Source: an uncultured Clostridia bacterium (GTDB taxonomy: Bacteria > Bacillota > Clostridia > Oscillospirales > Ruminococcaceae). From it: a stretch of DNA of 64,000 nt. Made by a program: the position numbers and the translations under genes. Positions 56,065 through 64,000 of the stretch are shown here, piece after piece (the stretch's first letter is position 1; every line of letters begins with the position of its first letter). The DNA lies in the NCBI GenBank assembly GCA_947631575.1, contig CANRLW010000005.1:4264-68263 (forward strand), in the 5' to 3' direction. A model generated the notes under the pieces. The model saw nothing but the letters and a program-made list of their open reading frames with translations, ran no database searches and was not told the origin of the DNA.

Positions 56065-57209
56065 ATGCCTATAACAATTGATAATCGCATTAAGAAGAAA
56101 AACGGCGTTTCGCGTTACCGTGTCCGCATAAACTATACTGATACTAACGGCAAACAAAATCAGATAGAACGGTTGGTATGGGAAAAGCAGATGCGGAGAT
56201 TGTCGAGCGTCAATTGGAAATGGAGTTCAAGAACAAAAAGCAGGTCAAATCAAGCAAAATTACCGTTGAAGAACTGTTTTTGATGTATGCCGAGTATCAC
56301 GCGACTGAAACCCGCAAAACCTCACACTATGCTGTAATGAAACGCTTAAAACTCTGGGTTTTGCCTTATTTTCAAGATAAACGTCTTGACAAACTCTCAC
56401 AACAGGACTTCGCAGAATGGAAAGTCAAGATAAACGGAACAAATTTATCTATTGCAAGCAAACAAAACGTTTATTGTGCTTTCGTTGCTATGCTCAATTA
56501 TGCTGTTAAGTTAGAAATGATACCTAAAAACGGACTTGCTGTTCTCGGAAACTTCAAAGACAGTTCTATTCCAGATAAAACAAACGAGGAGTTTCAATAC
56601 TACACCGCCGAACAATTTCAAAAATACATCTCGGTCGCAAAGTCTGAATGTAAAACAATAGAGGATTGGGACTTTTATGTTTTCTTCTGTATAGCCTTTT
56701 TTACGGGCGCAAGAAAGGGCGAAATACACGCTCTGAAATGGTCTGACATAGAGGGTAATATAATGCATATTCGGCGCAGTATTGCTCAAAAACTCAAAGG
56801 AGATGACGTTGAAACTGCGCCTAAAAACAAGAGCAGCATAAGGGATTTACAATTGCCTGTGCCGTTAATGAAAGTTTTAGACGAACACAAACAACGTCAG
56901 ATAGAGTATGCAGGCGAACATTTTAGTGAGGATTTACGAATATGCGGTTGCACCAGACCACTTCGTGATACGACCGTAGACAAGCGGAACAGGAAATATG
57001 CCGAGAAAGCGGGTTTACCTCGTATTCGCATACACGATTTCAGACATTCTCACGTTTCCCTGCTTGCAAATGAGGGAATAAATATACAAGAAGTCGCCCG
57101 CCGAATGGGGCATAGCACAGTTCAGGAAACTTGGAACAGATACAGCCATCTATATCCCCGCGAAGAAGAACGTGCTGTAAATGTGCTGAATAGCATATCG
57201 GTTGACTAA
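56065..57209 (+). pseudogene. Tyrosine integrase split by a -1 frameshift near 56180-56190
   Basis: ORF 56065 (RBS AAGGAG; RYRVRINY arm-binding-like N-terminus) overlaps ORF 56178-57209 with the full catalytic set TGARKGE, PKNKSS, HDFRHS, MGHS, RYSH. Confidence 0.85.
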
Positions 57210-57276
57210 ACTTTTTCGGGGTTTTTTCGGGGTAACAAAAAAGGAAACCGCATAACAATGCGATTTCCTGCCAATG

Positions 57277-57367
57277 TGGCGGAAAGAGAGGGATTCGAAC
57301 CCTCGAACGGGTTTAGCCGTTACACGATTTCCAATCGTGCGCCTTAGACCAGCTCAGCCATCTTTCC
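57277..57367 (-). tRNA. tRNA-Ser(GGA)
   Basis: GGAAAGATGGCTGAGCTGGTCTAAGGCGCACGATTGGAAATCGTG...GGTTCGAATCCCTCTCTTTCCGCCA; long variable arm; upstream TTGACA-17-TATAAT. Confidence 0.96.
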
Positions 57368-57598
57368 ACAACTATTACCGTAATATTATATCACAAATGC
57401 CGATTTTTGTCAATAGGATTTTTTCAATTTTTTTAGCCCGCAAAATTCCGCCAAAATGCGTTTACTGCTATAGACAAAACCCGTCTGCGTTTGTTTTTAC
57501 GCAAGCGGGCTGATTTTGGTTATGTAGTCGGAAACTTTCCCGGCAGGGACATTATATTGTCCGAACCGGGAAAATTTGCGACTGTCTTGATATTATAA

Positions 57599-57694
57599 TC
57601 AGCGATTGTTGTTCTGGTTCTGCTGGTTCTGGTTGTTCTGCTGGTTCTGATTATTCTGCTGGTTCTGCTTGTTCTGGTTATTCTGATTAGACAT
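57599..57694 (-). CDS. 31-aa Gln/Asn-rich peptide MSNQNNQNKQNQQNNQNQQNNQNQQNQNNNR
   Basis: ATG 57694 behind ACAGGAGGAAATAAGTATT; TGAATA-17-CAAAATA promoter at 57754-57783. Confidence 0.7.
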   Translation of the reverse strand: MSNQNNQNKQNQQNNQNQQNNQNQQNQNNNR

Positions 57695-57789
57695 AATACT
57701 TATTTCCTCCTGTGAAAATTCACATTTATTCAGCGGATTTTCTTCCGCAAAAATATTTTGTCCGGATTTTTCGGGAATATTCAGCATTT

Positions 57790-58050
57790 TTATTTTTGGT
57801 CAAGTTCAAACGCCTCAAGCGTTATTTTGTTTTTTCTCGCTATGCTGTAAAGCTCGTGAAGTCTGCATATTGTTGCGTTTTCTTCGAATATAAGTGCGTC
57901 TATTGAAAACGGGTCGTCTGTATGATCGAAATTTGTACGAATGTCAGAAAGACGGTCAAGAAGACGGTTGTATTCTCTGCGAAGTTTTGTGTTTTCATTT
58001 TCCGTGCTTTTACGTTTAAAAATTTTCAGAAAGATTTCCTTTATGTTCAT
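57790..58050 (-). CDS. YaaL/DUF2508-like sporulation protein
   Basis: NFDHTDDPFSIDALIFEENA pattern; ATG 58050 behind GAGGTG. Confidence 0.6.
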   Translation of the reverse strand: MNIKEIFLKIFKRKSTENENTKLRREYNRLLDRLSDIRTNFDHTDDPFSIDALIFEENATICRLHELYSIARKNKITLEAFELDQK

Positions 58051-58129
58051 AAATATCACCTCAATAATATTTACTCGTCTGTTGGACAAAAAAGAACAGT
58101 TTATATAAAAACCTTTGTTCTTGTCATAC

Positions 58130-58300
58130 TGTATTTCTCTAAATAACGTTTTTTCGCCCTATCCCCCTGCCCTTTTAGAGGTTAGATGTAAGAGGTAAGA
58201 GGTTAGAGTTTTAGAGGAAAGGTTGTTCGTTTTTCGTAAGTTTTCTTACCTCTAACTTCTAACCTCTAGACCCTGAAAAGAAACTTTTTATACAGACAGA
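58130..58300. repeat. Composite repeat locus (partial module B, inverted heptamer arms, MITE-like end)
   Basis: TTAGAGGTTAGATGTAAGAGGTAAGAGGTTAGAG versus CTTACCTCTAACTTCTAACCTCTAG; CCCTGAAAAGAAACTTTTTATACAGAC as at 30769-30795. Confidence 0.85.
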
Positions 58301-58304
58301 ATAA

Positions 58305-58820
58305 TTATGCACCCAGCAAAAGCTTTACGGTTATACCGCAGACAAGCCACGCGGTGAGGTCGGCGGTAAGAGCTGCGGCAGTCGCATAGCGCGTTTTTTT
58401 AGCTTTGACCGCCGAAAAATAAACGGCTATGGTATAAAAAGTCGTTTCGGAAGAACCGATGAGCGTTGCAGCGACGCGCTCTGCAAAGCTGTCAGCGCCG
58501 TTTGCGGCGGCTATTTCGTTATATACCGCCATTGCGCCGCTGCCCGAAAACGGGCGCAGAATAACGAGAGGCACGACTTCCGGCGGGAAAGATACCGTTT
58601 CGCATACAGGCTTTAACAAATTTGTAAGCACTTCGACTGCTCCGCTCGCCTGAAACATTCCTACGCATACTATCAGCAGCGTAAGCGCGGGAAGAATATC
58701 CGCGCAGGTCTTTAATCCCTCGGACGCGCCCTCGCAGAACGCCCCGAACACATCGACCTTTTTTATTGCCGCATAGATAAGCACTCCGACCGTAAGAACG
58801 GGAATTATGTAATCCGTCAT
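58305..58820 (-). CDS. spmB: Spore maturation protein B
   Basis: FCEGASEG, LRPFSGSGA, GSSETTFYTIAVYF. Confidence 0.92.
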   Translation of the reverse strand: MTDYIIPVLTVGVLIYAAIKKVDVFGAFCEGASEGLKTCADILPALTLLIVCVGMFQASGAVEVLTNLLKPVCETVSFPPEVVPLVILRPFSGSGAMAVYNEIAAANGADSFAERVAATLIGSSETTFYTIAVYFSAVKAKKTRYATAAALTADLTAWLVCGITVKLLLGA

Positions 58821-59410
58821 AGTTCTCCCCTTTTCCGCGTTTTTATCCTTGACATGAGCTTTGCGGAAAGCACCGCAATGAAAAGAGAATATGCGGATAC
58901 TATCCAGACGCAAGGAAGAATTTCCATGGGAGCTTTTGCACCGTTTGCCGCGCGGAGAGCGGCGGCTGTCGCGGGAATAATCTGAAGGCTCGCAGTATTA
59001 AGGACAGCCAGCATTATCATTTCATTTGTAGCATAGTCGCCGCTTTGCTGTTCTTCGGATATTGCCTTCATTGCCGCAATGCCTAAAGGAGTAGAGGCAT
59101 TTCCAAGACCCAGTATATTTGCGGCAATGTTCGCGGAAATAAGGCTCATGGCTTTTCCGCCCTTTTTTAAATTTCCAAACAGAAAACCCAGCGGCACAGA
59201 AAGCAATTTTGAGAGCTTTTCTAACAATCCCGCTTTTTGAGCTACCCGCATAAGTCCGCTCCAAAAGCACATCATTCCGCAGATCGAAATAACAAGCTCG
59301 ACTGCCTCTCCAGATTTAGAAATGATACTTCCCGAAAGCTCGCCTATGTTTCCCCTCAAAGCCGAAAATATCAGCGAAACTATAGGTATAATTATCAAAA
59401 TTACTTTCAT
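58817..59410 (-). CDS. spmA: Spore maturation protein A
   Basis: FWSGLMRVA, ANILGLGNASTPLGIAAM, VLNTASLQIIP. Confidence 0.92.
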   Translation of the reverse strand: MKVILIIIPIVSLIFSALRGNIGELSGSIISKSGEAVELVISICGMMCFWSGLMRVAQKAGLLEKLSKLLSVPLGFLFGNLKKGGKAMSLISANIAANILGLGNASTPLGIAAMKAISEEQQSGDYATNEMIMLAVLNTASLQIIPATAAALRAANGAKAPMEILPCVWIVSAYSLFIAVLSAKLMSRIKTRKRGEL

Positions 59411-59614
59411 TTTATCACCTTTTGGCAAATAATTTATTTTTTGTAAATTTTTGTCAATAAAAGTATTGACATTTTTGTAAAATTATGGTATAATATGTTA
59501 GCAGGCGAGATAACAGAACTTTTATGCAGAAAAGCATAGGAAAATTCCGTTGCTCTTCCTGCTGAAAAATCAAATAAGGACAGACAAAAGTCTGACAGAA
59601 AAGGGGAATCTATT

Positions 59615-59884
59615 ATGGTAAAATCAACGGGAATTGTAAGGAAAGTAGACGAGCTGGGGAGAGTTGTTATTCCTATAGAGTTGAGAAGAAACCTCGGTAT
59701 CGACGAGCGCGACGGCATGGAAATATTTGTAGAGGACGACAGGATAATACTTAAGAAATATTCGCCTTCCTGTATTTTTTGCAACAATGCGGGCAATATG
59801 GCTGTATTCAATAACAAAAACGTTTGTACAAGTTGTCTTGAAAAACTGAAAGAGCTTTCAATTGACTCAACTTCGGAATCTTGA
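59615..59884 (+). CDS. abrB: AbrB-family transition-state regulator
   Basis: KSTGIVRKVDELGRVVIPIELRR...LKKY-PSCIFC; promoter TTGACA-17-TATAAT at about 59465-59493. Confidence 0.9.
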   Translation: MVKSTGIVRKVDELGRVVIPIELRRNLGIDERDGMEIFVEDDRIILKKYSPSCIFCNNAGNMAVFNNKNVCTSCLEKLKELSIDSTSES

Positions 59885-59905
59885 GAAAGTATATTCGTTC
59901 TAAAA

Positions 59906-59950
59906 CAAAAAAATGCCCGCGGGAGAAAAGCTCTCCTGCGGGCAGGTTTA
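59906..59950. terminator. Terminator hairpin
   Basis: TGCCCGCGGGAGA-AAAGC-TCTCCTGCGGGCA. Confidence 0.75.
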
Positions 59951-59956
59951 TTATTC

Positions 59957-60061
59957 AGACTGTATATAAAGCCCCATCTACTTCAGCGTTTTCCGCAAAG
60001 CGGATAATGCGGTATTTGGGACTTTCTCTACAGTCTGAAACTTGACTTTTTATACAGTTTG
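59957..60061. mobile_element. Short MITE-like element
   Basis: CAGACTGTATATAAAGCCC left end; right ends GGGACTTTCTCTACAGTCTG and CTTTTTATACAGTTTG; interior module D in reverse. Confidence 0.6.
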
Positions 60062-60078
60062 CATTATTTCTTTTCCGT

Positions 60079-60861
60079 TTATTCTTCCGTTTCCTCCAGC
60101 GGCTTTATAAGGTATGGATTTTCTTTGCGGATACCCTCTACATAGGGAACATCTACAACCTTTCCTTCTACCGTTTCTGTTCTCCACTCAACAATGTCCT
60201 CGTTCAGGTTTTCATATTCGGCGGTGTGGAGGTGCTTGCTGCCGATGACCATTTTACATTCTCCGAACGGGATACTGCAATCTCCCGCTGTTTCTTCAAC
60301 ATAATACGACACCGTTCTTCTTACTCCGCTGTCCTGAAGATAACGCACCACGCGATAATCGCCCGACTTTGAAACATATTCATAAGAAGTATCCCTTCTG
60401 CTCAGATCTACTCCCGTAAAACTTATTTTTCCGATAAATATCTGTATCGCGAAAAATGCCGCAATGCTTACGACAAACATAAGAAGATAGATCGTTCCGA
60501 AAACGGTTTTAAGCGTTTCGTTTGATCTTGCTGCCAAAAACGAAATTGTCATTACAACCGCAGGCGGCACTATGATATACCAATGTCCGAATCCGAATAC
60601 CAGCAGCGCCAACACCGCGATCGGAATAATAAAAGTGTTTACCTGTGTTATTACCTGCTTTCTCGTATATATCAAAAGCCCCAAAGACGCCATATTTACA
60701 AAAAGGTAAAGTATAAAAAGCGGCGCGGGGTTTTCAAGTATCATATAATATCCCAGGCACAACCACGCGACCCATGCAATAAACGCCGTATATCCATAGC
60801 ACAACACCGCTACCCCTCGGCGAAACCATTTATTTTTTAAAAATGCTACAATTTTATCCAT
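60079..60861 (-). CDS. Hypothetical membrane protein
   Basis: 260 aa, about five hydrophobic segments then a polar C-terminal domain. Confidence 0.7.
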   Translation of the reverse strand: MDKIVAFLKNKWFRRGVAVLCYGYTAFIAWVAWLCLGYYMILENPAPLFILYLFVNMASLGLLIYTRKQVITQVNTFIIPIAVLALLVFGFGHWYIIVPPAVVMTISFLAARSNETLKTVFGTIYLLMFVVSIAAFFAIQIFIGKISFTGVDLSRRDTSYEYVSKSGDYRVVRYLQDSGVRRTVSYYVEETAGDCSIPFGECKMVIGSKHLHTAEYENLNEDIVEWRTETVEGKVVDVPYVEGIRKENPYLIKPLEETEE

Positions 60862-61051
60862 ATTTTCACTTGTCCTCGCACGCCCGAATTATACCGGTCG
60901 GTCATTTTTTAAGAATATATCCGTAAAATTACTCATATTATATTGTATAACAAATCGTAAAAAAAATCAAGTCTTTTGAGAAAAAAAGTGTATTTCAAAA
61001 AATAAATGTCCCCGAAATAAACGGAGACATTTAAGCTAATTACTCAACAAA

Positions 61052-62215
61052 TCAGTTTTCTCTTCCCTGATTGAATTTTCTGAGAAGTGTGTCGATATCC
61101 TGCGTTTCGCTGAAACCTGTTTTTCTTACTCCCGCAGACACAGCCTCGGAAGGAACAGGTGTTTCTTCAACATTTTCCGCAGGCTCGGCGTTTACTCCGA
61201 TACTAACCACGGGCTCGGGGTCTTCGTCGATAAAGTCTGTAGCGATAGCTATAATGGAGATCTCGTCTTTTTCAAGAGTTTCATCGAAAACAACTCCGCA
61301 TTTATACTTTGCCTCGGTGTCGAAATTCTCGGTTATCTTCTTCATAAGAGAATCAAACTCTTCAAGCTCGAACGATTCGGGAAGGCTTACGTTCAAAAGT
61401 CCGCGCCTTGCTCCGGAAATAGAGGTTTCGAGCAGAGGGCTGTTCATAACTTCTTCTATAGCCTCATCAACTTTTCTCTCGCCCTTGCCTGTTCCGATAG
61501 CCATATGAGCTATTCCGGACTCGCGCAGCGTCGAGCAGATGTCCGCAAAGTCAATGTTCAGATATCCTGTCTTATGGATAAGGGAGATAATTCCCATAAC
61601 GGCTTTTGTAAGTATCTCATCGACCTTTTCAAAAGCGTTCTTTATCGTGATATTGCTGCCTTTAAGCTCTTTTATGCGCTCGTTCGGAACAACTATAAGC
61701 GCGTCAACGTTCTTTTTCATCTCGTTTACGCCCTTCAGAGCCTCGCGCATTTTGGGCTTGCCCTCAAAATCAAAGGGCTTTGTAACAACGCCTACAGTCA
61801 GTATTCCCTTTTCCTTTGCAATGGAGGAGATAACGGGAGCAGCGCCTGTTCCTGTTCCGCCGCCCATTCCCGCGGCAACGAACAGCATTGACACTCCGTC
61901 GAGCTTATCTGCGATATCGTCGCGGTTTTCCTCGGCAGACTGTCTGCCTCTGGTGGGGTCGTTTCCTGCGCCCTGACCGCGTGTCGTTTTTCTGCCTATC
62001 TGGATACGGGTCATCTTACTTCCGTCTTTACTTCTGAGAGCAGCGACATCAGTATTTGCTATAACATACTCAACGTCGCCTACTCCCGAATTGACCATAT
62101 GTTCAACCGCGTTTCCGCCTGCACCGCCGACACCGAAAACCATTATCTGCGTCGCAAGCTGAAAATCCTCGGCGACTTCAAATCCGTCGTCTAAACTATC
62201 CGGTATGAATGCCAT
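61052..62215 (-). CDS. ftsZ: Cell division protein FtsZ
   Basis: GVGGAGGNAV, GMGGGTGTG tubulin signature, PFDFEG, NIDFAD. Confidence 0.97.
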   Translation of the reverse strand: MAFIPDSLDDGFEVAEDFQLATQIMVFGVGGAGGNAVEHMVNSGVGDVEYVIANTDVAALRSKDGSKMTRIQIGRKTTRGQGAGNDPTRGRQSAEENRDDIADKLDGVSMLFVAAGMGGGTGTGAAPVISSIAKEKGILTVGVVTKPFDFEGKPKMREALKGVNEMKKNVDALIVVPNERIKELKGSNITIKNAFEKVDEILTKAVMGIISLIHKTGYLNIDFADICSTLRESGIAHMAIGTGKGERKVDEAIEEVMNSPLLETSISGARRGLLNVSLPESFELEEFDSLMKKITENFDTEAKYKCGVVFDETLEKDEISIIAIATDFIDEDPEPVVSIGVNAEPAENVEETPVPSEAVSAGVRKTGFSETQDIDTLLRKFNQGREN

Positions 62216-62358
62216 ATCTGAAAATCCTCCTTAATAAACTTCCTCGGATCGGATATTTTTTTTATATTCAATTTATTATAGCACATCTCATAAAAAATTG
62301 CAACTATTTTTTTATAATTTTCATAAATATTATTTTCACTTGGCGATTTTTGAGGAAA

Positions 62359-63471
62359 TCAGCCTTGTGAAGAATCAGTGTCTTGTGTTTCGTCGGTGTC
62401 AGAATCTTCCGGCTCTTCGGGTTGTTCGGGCTGCGCGGGTATGTCGTCATTTATCGGACGAACGCCCGGTTTTTCGGGATTTGAAAGGGAGATAACGACT
62501 TTTTCTTCCGCGCCGATCTGTTTTTCTATGAGGTTCTTTGCGACAATAAATTTACTTTCAAGCTCTGTGGCGCTGCCGAGATTTAACGTTATTCTGCCGC
62601 CGTCAACATAAACCTTTGGCGAATATCTGTCGGTCATGTCTATTTCCGTTACATTATTTAGGGCGGTCTTATCTATAAGCTCAAGCATTTCCCAAGGGAA
62701 CTCGGTCTTTGTTTCATTTTTGGATCTGAGCCATGCGCCAAGCTCCAGGCTTTCGGGCTCGTATCCTTTGAGCATTATAACGCCGTCCTTTTCGGCACTA
62801 TCCGTATGTTCAATTACTCTTCCGCCGCGAGATATTCCGGCGTTTATGCCGTTTTCCGAAAGAATAAAGCACTCTTCGGCCTCTTTAACGGTAATTATTA
62901 CCTTTGTGGGGAAAGACTTTCTGACTTCGGCTGAGTCTACAAAAAGGCATTTGTCCACGATATTCTGTGCTGTTTGTTTTTCGTCTATATAGAGGAGGTT
63001 TTCGCCTGTTTTAAGCTGCGAACCCTGGATTATATTTTCAGGCAGATAACGGACGGTTCCCTTAACTTCGATATCCGAAAGCCTGAACAGAACGGTATTT
63101 GCAAGAATTACCAGCACGACAACTACAACCACCGCCGCAAGGATATAATACAGAATATAATTTTTGCCGCGATTCTTGCGCTTTTTGCTTGCGGGAGCTT
63201 TTTCTGACATAACGCGGGAAAGCTCTCTGTCGGCTTTTTGATTATAAGGTGCGTTTCTTTGAGGGGCGGGCTTTTTCTTTGCGAAAGGTCTTTTTTTATT
63301 TTTCAGGGGCTTTCCGGGAAGATTGCCCTTTGATTTGACAAAATCCGACTGTTTATAATTAGCCGTGTTCTTTTTTGCGCCGCGCTGTGGTGTATGCTGT
63401 GGTGATTGTGGTGATCGCGGTGCATTATTTGCAGGCGGTTTTCTGTTCTGCTGTACAGGCTTTTTTTCCAT
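62359..63471 (-). CDS. divIB: Cell division protein FtsQ/DivIB
   Basis: Basic disordered N-terminus, single TM, POTRA-like IEVKG...VRKSFPTKVIITVKE; between murA and ftsZ. Confidence 0.8.
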   Translation of the reverse strand: MEKKPVQQNRKPPANNAPRSPQSPQHTPQRGAKKNTANYKQSDFVKSKGNLPGKPLKNKKRPFAKKKPAPQRNAPYNQKADRELSRVMSEKAPASKKRKNRGKNYILYYILAAVVVVVVLVILANTVLFRLSDIEVKGTVRYLPENIIQGSQLKTGENLLYIDEKQTAQNIVDKCLFVDSAEVRKSFPTKVIITVKEAEECFILSENGINAGISRGGRVIEHTDSAEKDGVIMLKGYEPESLELGAWLRSKNETKTEFPWEMLELIDKTALNNVTEIDMTDRYSPKVYVDGGRITLNLGSATELESKFIVAKNLIEKQIGAEEKVVISLSNPEKPGVRPINDDIPAQPEQPEEPEDSDTDETQDTDSSQG

Positions 63472-63492
63472 ATTTTCACTTCCGGTTTTTTA

Positions 63493-64000
63493 TTACTGTA
63501 GTTTCTGAACTTTTTTAATATCAGCGCCGACCGAGCGCAATTCCTTTTCTATTGATTCATAGCCGCGCTCTATATAATTCACGCCGCTTATTTCCGTAGT
63601 ACCCTCCGCCGCTAAAGCCGCAACGACAAGCGCCGCTCCTCCGCGGAGCTCCGTCGCGCAGAGCTTTGCTCCCGAAAGCTTTTTAACGCCTTCTATAACG
63701 CATACTCTGCCCTCAACTTTTATCTGCGCGCCGAGCCTTATCAACTCGGACACATGACGAAAGCGATTTTCAAATATCGTTTCGACAAATACCGACGTAC
63801 CCTCGGCTGTAGAGCACAGCGCCGTAAAAGGTGCCTGAACGTCGGTAGGAAAAGCGGGATAGGGCATTGTGCGGACAGTCTGAGGAGCGACAAGCTTTTT
63901 TCTGCTGCTTAGATATATCTTTCCTCCGCCGTATGCGTATACCCTCACTCCCATTTGTTCGAGGACGGGAATAAAACCGTTCATCTGTGAAGGCTCGCAA
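63493..64000 (-). CDS. murA: UDP-N-acetylglucosamine enolpyruvyl transferase, C-terminal part (runs off window)
   Basis: TMPYPAFPTDVQ, ETIFENRF, TELRGGAALVVAAL, YIERGYE. Confidence 0.92.
   Translation of the reverse strand, partial: CEPSQMNGFIPVLEQMGVRVYAYGGGKIYLSSRKKLVAPQTVRTMPYPAFPTDVQAPFTALCSTAEGTSVFVETIFENRFRHVSELIRLGAQIKVEGRVCVIEGVKKLSGAKLCATELRGGAALVVAALAAEGTTEISGVNYIERGYESIEKELRSVGADIKKVQKLQ

Larger units (their letters stand above)
50981..57295. mobile_element. Integrative mobilisable element in the 3' end of tRNA-Ser (6296-bp circle)
   Basis: 19-bp direct repeat TGGCGGAAAGAGAGGGATT at 50981-50999 and 57277-57295 (tRNA 3' end); encloses resolvase, Rep, MobV and integrase; AT-richer than flanks. 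Confidence 0.93.

Overview
Chromosomal window from a low-GC Gram-positive anaerobe. The gene content (spmA/B, dacB-ytfI-ytfJ, abrB, GH5 lipoprotein, fabV, thrH) points to a Ruminococcaceae/Oscillospiraceae-type spore former; this is inference. Most of it is housekeeping: nadBC, reverse rubrerythrin plus rubredoxin, a sugar ABC transporter, a carboxyltransferase/biotin-carrier/OadA trio, rluB-dacB-scpAB, fabV, thrH, T-box-controlled tyrS, DAHP synthase, cls, spmAB, ftsZ-divIB-murA, tRNA-Thr(GGT) and tRNA-Ser(GGA). Five things stand out. (1) A cargo-free 6.3-kb integrative mobilisable element sits in the 3' end of tRNA-Ser, bounded by a 19-bp direct repeat. It carries a divergent HUH Rep, a MobV relaxase, a serine resolvase, a tyrosine integrase split by a -1 frameshift, and a candidate counter-transcribed RNA made of two 28-nt hairpin repeats. 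(2) A 5118-aa sortase-anchored protein has a vWA domain interrupted by about 770 aa containing two LamG-like domains, followed by about 23 Ig-like repeats in a 4-domain super-repeat. (3) A dispersed modular intergenic repeat system (hairpin modules, heptamer inverted arms, CAGACTGTATATAAAG ends) occupies about 11 loci and is absent from the integrated element. (4) An unannotated 31-aa Gln/Asn peptide has a strong RBS and a forespore-type promoter. (5) A VanY-like peptidase has its leader peptide out of frame across a G11 tract. All calls were made by eye from motifs; no database search was run.
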